Source of the DNA: Malacoraja senta
Taxonomy: Eukaryota
NCBI GenBank assembly: GCA_038087875.1
Contig: CM075988.1
Location: forward strand, 13,952,001-14,012,000
Reading direction: 5' to 3'
DNA length: 60,000 nucleotides
The notes below the pieces were generated by a model. That model did no database searches, was not told the origin of the DNA, and saw only the letters and a program-made list of their open reading frames with translations. Shown piece by piece: positions 52,399 to 60,000 of the stretch. The first letter of the stretch is position 1. Every line of letters starts with the position of its first letter. The translations under genes were made by a program, and so were the position numbers.

Positions 52399-53418
52399 TG
52401 CTAACCATCTCCAGGACCAAAGACAATCTGCTTCCCAACCCAATTCCAAGCTACTTCCTATCCCAGAACAGGAACACATGCCCAGCTGGGGGAGGGTTGG
52501 CAGAAGGAATGCTCAAAGGAAGGCACAACATCAAGGACATTAAACCTCTTCAGGACATGACAACTGATGAAACATCTTGGAAGTCCTTTTGTTTTGGAAT
52601 CTCCTTGTGGTAACATTAAAATGAAAAATGTTTCCATTCTATATATTCTTCTTGGCTTTCTTCCAGAATAAAGTGAGAATTCTTGAAGAAACAGTTTTTG
52701 TCCATTCACAGTTGACCAGCATCACTTATTTGATCAAAGGCTCAGCACCAGTGGGAGGAGAGGCTAGCATTTATATAGCCATTCATCAGTCGAGGATGAA
52801 TCCAACGTGCTTTGCAGCCAATGAAGTGTGGTGTGATCACTGTTGTCAGGGACTGTAAGAGGGAGATATTCCAATGACTGGCAGGTGTCTCAGGTTTGCC
52901 CTCTTTCTTACAGCATGCCCACCGATAGAGTCTTCTGGGGGAAGCTGGATGATAATTGTTGAGAATCCTGTATGTTTCAATCAAATACACTCTTGCTCTT
53001 CTAAACATGAGCCGATACAAACAAAGTCTGTCTGTAGAAACAAAGCTTTCTTCCTGAGACAATGTGCCCATTCCAGTATCAGTCCAGGAAACCTTCTCTC
53101 AACTATTTCAAACACAGTGAAATCCTCCTTATATAAAGGGGATCAATACTGTACCCTTGATGATGTATCACAATTTCCTGGATAATTGTAGCATAACCTC
53201 TCTTTGTATTTAGTGACTATAATTGATAATTTTCTGTTAACCTTCCTCATTACCTGCTGTAACTGCATATTGGCTTTTTTCCCCACAAATTACACACAAG
53301 ATCCTTGCATTTCACTCTCCTATCTCAACATTTCAATGTTTGCTTGTTTGTTTTGGTTTTCCTAGAGAAATGGACCCTTTCCCACACTGTACATATTTGC
53401 CAGATCTTTGCACACTAA

Positions 53419-53718
53419 AGGCCCTGTCCCACGATGCGAGTTCACCCAAGAGCTAACCCCGAGTAAAAAAAACCAAAAAAACTCATGGTAAGTCCGTAGA
53501 ATGTACGTAGCGGGTACGTCGGAGCTCGTGGATGTCTCGTAGTGGCTCGTAATACTAACGGCAGGTACTCGGGAAATGCGGAAACTCGTGAAGTTTTTTC
53601 AACAGTGTGAAAAATTTCCAAGAGTAAAAAAATACTCGTGATGAAGTACCACGAGTTTGATTTCTTTTTTTAAACTCGGAAGAGCTCTTGGGTAAACTCG
53701 CATCGTGGGACAGGGACT
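53419..53718. mobile_element. PIF/Harbinger-type MITE
   Basis: 36-bp TIRs AG.CCCTGTCCCACGATGCGAGTT.ACCCAAGAGCT; TAA at 53416-53418 and 53719-53721. Confidence 0.9.
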
Positions 53719-55126
53719 TAACAAAACCGGCATCATACATTTATAACCAATTAGGCATAGCATGGATCAATATCAAGGCTATTGTGTTTACACCTTTAGC
53801 AAACTTCTATATACCTATTCTTTGAAGATTTTGTCCCATGCGATTACATTCAGCTATAAATGAGGAAATTTTGTGTATTGCTGCATGACTGTACAAAAAG
53901 AAAGAATGAGTCATTTCAGGAAGACAAGTCTGTGCACATGCATCTGTAACTGTGCTGGTCGTATGGTTATTTATTTATTGATTTAATAAATTATTGGCAA
54001 GACAGATACTGGTTAGTGCTGGCAGCATAATAATCAACCTGCTCTCCATTTTATTGGTTATAATACATACATGATAATTTCCTATTTCTAACAGTTTATT
54101 TTGAATAAACCATTAGTTCTCTGTTTTGATATCTATCTACTTAAAAAATAAGTAAACTGGTACATAATGTACAGAGAAAGATGGCTGCACACACACTCGT
54201 GTTGGAATCAAAAACAGGAATGATTTATTTCCAAGTCAAAGGTCACTGACTGATTTACTGAGCATGTGCGTGAATGATCACAGCTCATATGCATAAATTA
54301 GATGGATATTGTCACATTCTCTTTGATTTGTGAGTAACTGACCTGCAATCTAGTGAGCTGCTGAATTCCACTACAAATGAAAAGCCAAGTATTTTATTTA
54401 TTAATTCATCGAGCGTGCACACAATTGAGAGGCTTCGCATTCATTGACCATCATGGTTTTGAATCAAGAAGGTAGTGCAAAGCCTCCTCCTTGAATGTGC
54501 ACACTCCTGAAGGTGAAGGTACTACAGTGTATCTGTTGTACAGGGAATTCCAGGATGGAAGGTGATCTGAACGACACTAATGAACATATTCCTGATATCT
54601 TTGACCTCAATTCCTTTTCTACGCATATGGTTCTGAAGTTTGATGTATGGCCTGACTTGTGAAGTACTAGTATAGATCTGAAAGTACTTTGAAGAAGCAG
54701 CTAGCATGTTCTATTTGGGCTTCATCACTGGCAGTACAGTGGTTGTCCGTCCAAACACTTTCCTTTGAATTTGATCACTTATCTTCAATTATTTAATTAC
54801 TTCTATTATTTATCAGCCTCTCAGTGAGGGCTAGTCTAAGAGATAATCATATATCTATAACATTTTCATCCCCATAAATAAGTTGGTTTTGGGTCAAATA
54901 AAGTTCCAAATTTTAAACCAACCTATAACACTGTAATGTTATATTTTGTACTCAATTTATTTTCTCTTTTGCACTACCTGATGTAATCACATGTGCTATG
55001 ATTTGCCTTGATAACACACAAAGCAAAGTTTTTTCACTATGTCTTAGTACACGTTACAATAATATACCGATAAATCTAGATCTAACATACTGGGAAAGAT
55101 TGCTCTCAGGAGATTATTTAGTCAGT

Positions 55127-55425
55127 AATAGTAAGATTAAATGAGAACTTACCAGTTTGAAGTCTGATCTTTATTTTATGAGGAGTTACGTTGATGGATT
55201 ACGTGAAGACCCCGCCAGCACGCATGCGCGCCAATCTTCAAAGCAGCGGTGTGAAATCACAGATAACAGTAGTCGAACTAAACATAGTAAGATAAGAGAA
55301 CTAGAATACCAGCTGACCTTTATGATAGAGGGTTGGGCGTGGAGGGCACGTAATCCCTCAACGTAACTCCTCATAAAATAAAGATCAAACTTCAAACTGG
55401 TAAGTTCTCGTTTAATCTTACTATT
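55127..55425. repeat. DIRS 3' terminal complementary repeats, 79-bp arms 55127-55205 and 55347-55425
   Basis: AATAGTAAGATTAAATGAGAACTTACCAGTTTGAAG...GATTACGTG and its reverse complement, 3 mismatches. Confidence 0.88.
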
Positions 55426-55639
55426 TTACTTCGGAGTCACGTGAGTGACTACGTGAAGATTTTAAAGCTCTGTGATTTCATGCCGTGGAAACGAGTCCAT
55501 GCGTCATACACTGCATCAGTTGACCAACGATGAATGAACATTAATAATGCATTCAGACGTGACATAGATATAGACATGTTGATGCTTTTAATGAACAAAT
55601 AATGACAATCGTAACCTCCCTCAACCAGGAGGAAGCTAT

Positions 55640-56400
55640 GAAACAGACCTAACATAGAGTTGGCAAATACCCCCGATCTGGCAATGGGTTTATTCTGAAT
55701 ATTTGGACAGATCGTTTGTTTGACCATCCTTCAGCCGCTAGGATGTGGTCCATAACCCTGCTGCTGAGGTTGTTGCAGCCCTGGTGGAGTGAGACTTGAA
55801 AATGTCAATGTTCACTCCTATATAAGCCAGACCCGTTTAACCCCCTGGAGATGGTCTGTAGTGATACCTTCTAACGAGGTTTTATGTAACTAACAATATT
55901 GCTAGTTCAGAGTCTATAAGGCTCTTAGGGACCTTAACATTCTGGTGTAGATGTATGACCCCACACAACCCAAGGTCCATGGGATATGCAAACATCTAGT
56001 TTGACCTTATGCCCCTGGTCTACTCTGCTTGACTAAGTCATAAACATAAAATGTTATTATTGCCCGCAGATGTTCCTATCCAGTGTTAACTTATGCAATG
56101 ACTGGACCCGTTGCGCTGAACTCAGTGCCATGAGCATAATCACTAGTAAGTGAGTTTGACCAAGGACAGGGATGTAGCTGGAGCCCACCGGCGAATTGAC
56201 GTAGCACAATGTTAACAACCCATATCTCTGGTGTCCCTAGGCCTGGGAGGTTTTGAGTTGAAGATACACTTCATAATCTAGATGTCAGAGGGTGAGACCC
56301 GACAGAGTGGATTCTGCTCCCCGCAGCCAAATGATGAGAAGGCACTTTAGGCACAGTAAATGGAACTTTAACTTAATGATTGTAAAATCCCATATAAACT
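55640..56400 (-). pseudogene. DIRS tyrosine recombinase remnant
   Basis: Minus-strand translation near 55700-55820 gives GVNIDIFKSHSTRAATTSAA and, after a frameshift, MDHILAAEGWSNK. Confidence 0.75.
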
Positions 56401-57260
56401 GAATTTCAAGACGTCAGTCATCCGTGCCGAGTTAAATGTAAAATAAGCATAAAACAAATACCTCCTATCTCCTTATGAGGAAATACTGCTATTTGGTGCT
56501 ATCCCTGCAATCTGCAGTGAGCACTACCGAGGTTTTTGGTTTAACAACCTGAGCCGCAGGAACGGTCTTCTCAGAGTCTGTAAGTCAATGAATTGATTAT
56601 ATCATGCAGAGGATGGTTTCCACATCACGGCTAAACCAACAATTTTTGTGTCCAGAAATAACCATATAAGGTTTTATGATCATTCCCCGCATCAGCGGGA
56701 ACCATGGGTGTATAAGCCAGGCAGGCACTACGAAAATGCCTGAAGCGGGAAACTTGCAGAATTTTTGCAAGACCCGTCTGATGAGGCAAAATGGAGGAAG
56801 ACATAAAAGAACATTCCTCCCTAGTGTAGCGAGAATGCACCCATCGCCATTGATATGCCTCATATTTTCTGCAACTGGTGATTGAGCCTGGATGCAAACA
56901 TCTCGATCGTTAGTGTTCCATCGAGCCACAATGTCATTAAATACTTTGTGATCGCACATCCATTCTGTGTTGTCATTGATTTTACATGATAATACACCAG
57001 TGCTAAGTGAGGTTAGGTAAACTATCACCGGATACTCGGACTTGATTGCACCCTTGTGATTAACATATATCACCACCAAAGTGTACCAACCTTGGACTTG
57101 TGGTTGCAGATTATGCATATTCACACACCCTTTAATGCACACAATGCACCTGGTGTCCATTGGTAGTTGATACCATATAACTGAACAATTGATAACTCAT
57201 GCTAATCCCATCTGCCTCCGTAACTAGAGATGGTATTAGTAATTTTCCATCTTTGAGTAA

Positions 57261-57466
57261 TGTAGATTGATGTTGCATGTGAATCAATCACACTTAGCCA
57301 GCATCACTAACTCCACCCCATTATAACATTTCTACTAATGCCCATTCCCAGCACCGTTAGTTGAAGCAGCTAGGATGTACTGACAACACCTCGTTTTGTA
57401 ATGCTGCCAAGTTACTGTGCTGATTAAAGATGTGTGTAAATCTTATACAGTCTGAAGTAATTTACA
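57261..57466 (+). mobile_element. Single 206-bp LTR (Gypsy-like)
   Basis: TGTAGATT...AATTTACA (7/8 inverted match); ATTAAA at ~57423; immediately followed by PBS TGGTGTCAGAAGTGGGAT. Confidence 0.7.
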
Positions 57467-57507
57467 TGGTGTCAGAAGTGGGATTCGAACCCACGCCTCC
57501 AATCGGA
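57467..57507 (-). other. Copy of the 3' half of mature tRNA-Leu (CAA/CAG type) including CCA; extended PBS, not a gene
   Basis: Minus strand TCCGATTGGAGGCGTGGGTTCGAATCCCACTTCTGACACCA = variable arm, T arm, acceptor 3' strand, CCA. Confidence 0.88.
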
Positions 57508-58268
57508 TGAAAAGTTAGTGGAGCAATGCTGAATACTGTTCGTCCACCATTGTGACTTTGATAGTTTCAGCTGGGAATAGCAGAGGTCTAATCTTTTGTC
57601 TCAGGGCGGAGTCCCAGACAAATTAATAGATTTAATTGTATCCCAATCATCAATAATTTCAGTTGGTATCAACTTAAATTTAACTTAAATTTAACTGGAT
57701 GGATGAGAAACCCTTTTTCTCAAATATAGTTTTGTGGCTGATACGGCTAATTTAGCAAAATACAGTATTTTCAATATTATCCAGCTAGGCCATAACGCTT
57801 GTTTTTTAGCTCTGAACAGCCGAAGCACTGATTGTAGTGATTTGGTAAATAACCTGGGAGCTGAAGTTAGCCCATTTTGCAACGCTTCTGAGTGTATCAT
57901 TGCCTCATCCATCTAAATTTCAAATATCTCCGGAGCCTGTGAATGGAACTGATCCCATGGAAGTTAAACAGTCACGAAATTTCCTATTCAGAAATGTCTA
58001 TACTGCACATACAAGTTGAATCTGTTGGCAATGAACAGGCCACATCTCCCACAATTGCAAGCCTGCCTTGAAAGGCAACTCCAACCATATCTGCTGTGCA
58101 GTATAAACTAATCTCATGTTGTCATTAAATTTATAAATAGATCGGAATCTTATGTTATTATTGTAACCTGTACCAAAACAAGTGTAAATATTACCAACTT
58201 GTATCCGTGACAGGAGGCATCATCGATATGGCTCCATCTTCATCCTTCATACCGCCGAATGGGGAACT

Positions 58269-58412
58269 TCCAGGAGTTGCCTCAACCAGCTTTATCCTTC
58301 CACATCCGAATGGGAGGACTTATGCAACCTGACCCAGGAGCTGCCTCAACCAGCTTCATCCCTTCCTACATCCAAATGGGAGGACATGCAACCTGAGCCA
58401 GGAGCTGCCTCA
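58269..58412. repeat. ~65-bp tandem repeat (about 2.2 copies) inside the DIRS element
   Basis: CCAGGAG.TGCCTCAACCAGCTT.ATCC...ACATCC.AATGGGAGGAC..ATGCAACCTGA repeated; related motifs at ~58474 and ~58561. Confidence 0.8.
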
Positions 58413-60000
58413 GGCATGTGTGCATGTATTTTAGCACCATCTCCATCACTACGTTCGATCGAGTAGGAGGAATTGCAACCCTGAAACCGGTGTCGCTTCA
58501 GGCACATGTGCACTTCTGTAGCACCCTCTACCACTCCGCCCATTTGAGTGCGAGGAAATTTGCAACCCTGAACCAGGAGCTGCTGCCTGACATGCCTTAG
58601 GATGGAGCGTTCTTGGCTGCGACGAGTCGCAAGCTTGTCCGACACAGATGCCCAAGACTTGGCACTCACTCTGAGTCGGGGTTTGTCAGGTTGCCTCCTT
58701 CAGCAGCCGCCAGGACTAGTTGTGCAAATTGATGCTCTGTTGGTATCTTCATTTACCAAACAGGCTGCACGTGCTAGTCCTGCTCATTCCCGACGCCATT
58801 GCAGTCTTCAGCGAAGGACTGGAGCACCTCTGGCCCCTGTATGTCAGACATAGTGGGAGAAATGCTGGAAAAACCTGCCAGTTATTTGTCATGGGAAAGG
58901 CGTTTACATAAATGGGGACGTCCAACCAGTTAAATCAAAGATTCGATTATTATATTGATATGTAACTCGGCGTCTCGGGGAAGAATCTACCACAGTCCCT
59001 TTAATAATCGGAATTACCCTGACACTACCATGTGTAGCTCGCACAGGTGGCTTATCGGTATAGGGCTTCCCAGGCCAAGGATCTAGATTGCCATGGCAGG
59101 TCTCATTCCACTGGCATGATGATACATGTATGATATCAAGAACAAACCCCTGAACTAAAATAATTAATCAGAGGATACCAGCATAATGGTGCCTACCCAG
59201 CCATATACGTGAATGAATACAGTGTAACTGCTACTGCCATGGAGACATTCCTCCGGGGTCGGGCCAGTCAACACACCCATGCACGCCTCTCCATTGAGAG
59301 GGAGATTTGTGAGCAGCCCTGCGTACAGGTGCTGCCGTAAACCTCCGTGGACTTGTGCTGATATGGCCCTGTTTTAGTGGACCATATCATGCTGGGTAAA
59401 ACGCCCAAGGACGTACCCTGGTATGTCGGAGGGGAACCCTCCTGGCCCCTGGCCGGCTCGTCCTGCCCGGGTCTCTCCGACTTTGTTTGGTTGCCTACCT
59501 TGGGCTGCCTAAGTCCAGTCGCTGTCCTGCTCCACCGTGCGAACCCGACAGCCACCGGTTCACCGCTCTCCCGTGGTCCGTAGCCGGCTCCTTCATCCGC
59601 GGTTGCCTGGGTGCTACCGGCACCAGTCTGAAGCCGCTGGCTCCACCGCCAGCGACTCGAATTCGACCGCCGCCCGCTACCCGCATTCCGCGGTCTCCGT
59701 AGCGGGTTCCCGCGGTCCGTGGGCGGGCCTCCTCGCGATGTTCACCGTCAGGTTTAGCCAAGATTTCCCCGTGGTCCCTGTAAAACGGATCCCTGCGATA
59801 TCCATAGTCGGGGGTATCCCCGCTGTTTTCGCAGCAGCAAAAGAAGCAGAGGATTATGTATGATACAGCACGCTAACTCTTTACACATTTAGTCTTTAAG
59901 ATGGCAGACTGAATGTCTGTGAAACTGCAAACCAGAAACAACTGCTGACCTTCCTGTCTTATATAGGATCGCAATACAAACACTCTCCGGAATCGGGCAA

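Larger units (their letters stand above)
56597..57960 (-). pseudogene. DIRS RT / RNase H / methylase-like remnant
   Basis: ORFs 57691-57912 and 56597-57160 carry the motifs above; multiple stops and frameshifts; interrupted at 57261-57507. Confidence 0.75.
55127..60000 (-). mobile_element. DIRS1-like tyrosine-recombinase retrotransposon, coding regions decayed; 5' ITR not seen in window
   Basis: RT (GLTSAPRLFTK), RNase H (V.YVNHKG), methylase-like (PPF.LI.RVLQK...P.W...PWFP) and YR (FKSHSTRAATTS, HILAAEGWS) remnants in DIRS order; terminal complementary-repeat structure at 55127-55460. Confidence 0.85.

Noticed and set aside
56597..56880. Horizontally acquired DNA adenine methylase gene
   Set aside because: A methylase-like domain is a known component of DIRS1 elements and is degenerate here
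57467..57507. Functional tRNA-Leu gene
   Set aside because: Only the 3' half; no D arm, anticodon or A box; encoded CCA indicates an RNA-derived copy

Overview
Repeat-dense, AT-rich vertebrate DNA, most likely intergenic or deep intronic sequence of a cartilaginous fish (skate/ray type, inferred from HE1-like V-SINEs, CR1 tails and Penelope-derived short elements). I recognise no host exon and no intact RNA gene. The protein-like ORFs are retroelement remnants (L2, L1, CR1, Penelope, DIRS). The most unusual item is inside a decayed DIRS element: a complete 206-bp TG..CA LTR fused directly to a 41-nt complement of the mature tRNA-Leu 3' end including CCA, with no PPT or TSD, resembling a captured plus-strand strong-stop cDNA that read past the normal 18-nt PBS stop. 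Also notable are an A-L1-A-L1-A array (about 750-bp flanking duplication plus a mappable unequal crossover), two copies of a 1.04-kb TIR element with 7-bp TSDs, a non-tRNA SINE-like core found with two different LINE tails, five PIF/Harbinger-type MITEs, a Helitron-like element, a solo LTR, hammerhead-like motifs in Penelope ends, and two local inversion/inverted-duplication scars. Family names come from recalled motifs, not database searches; boundaries of old repeats are approximate.
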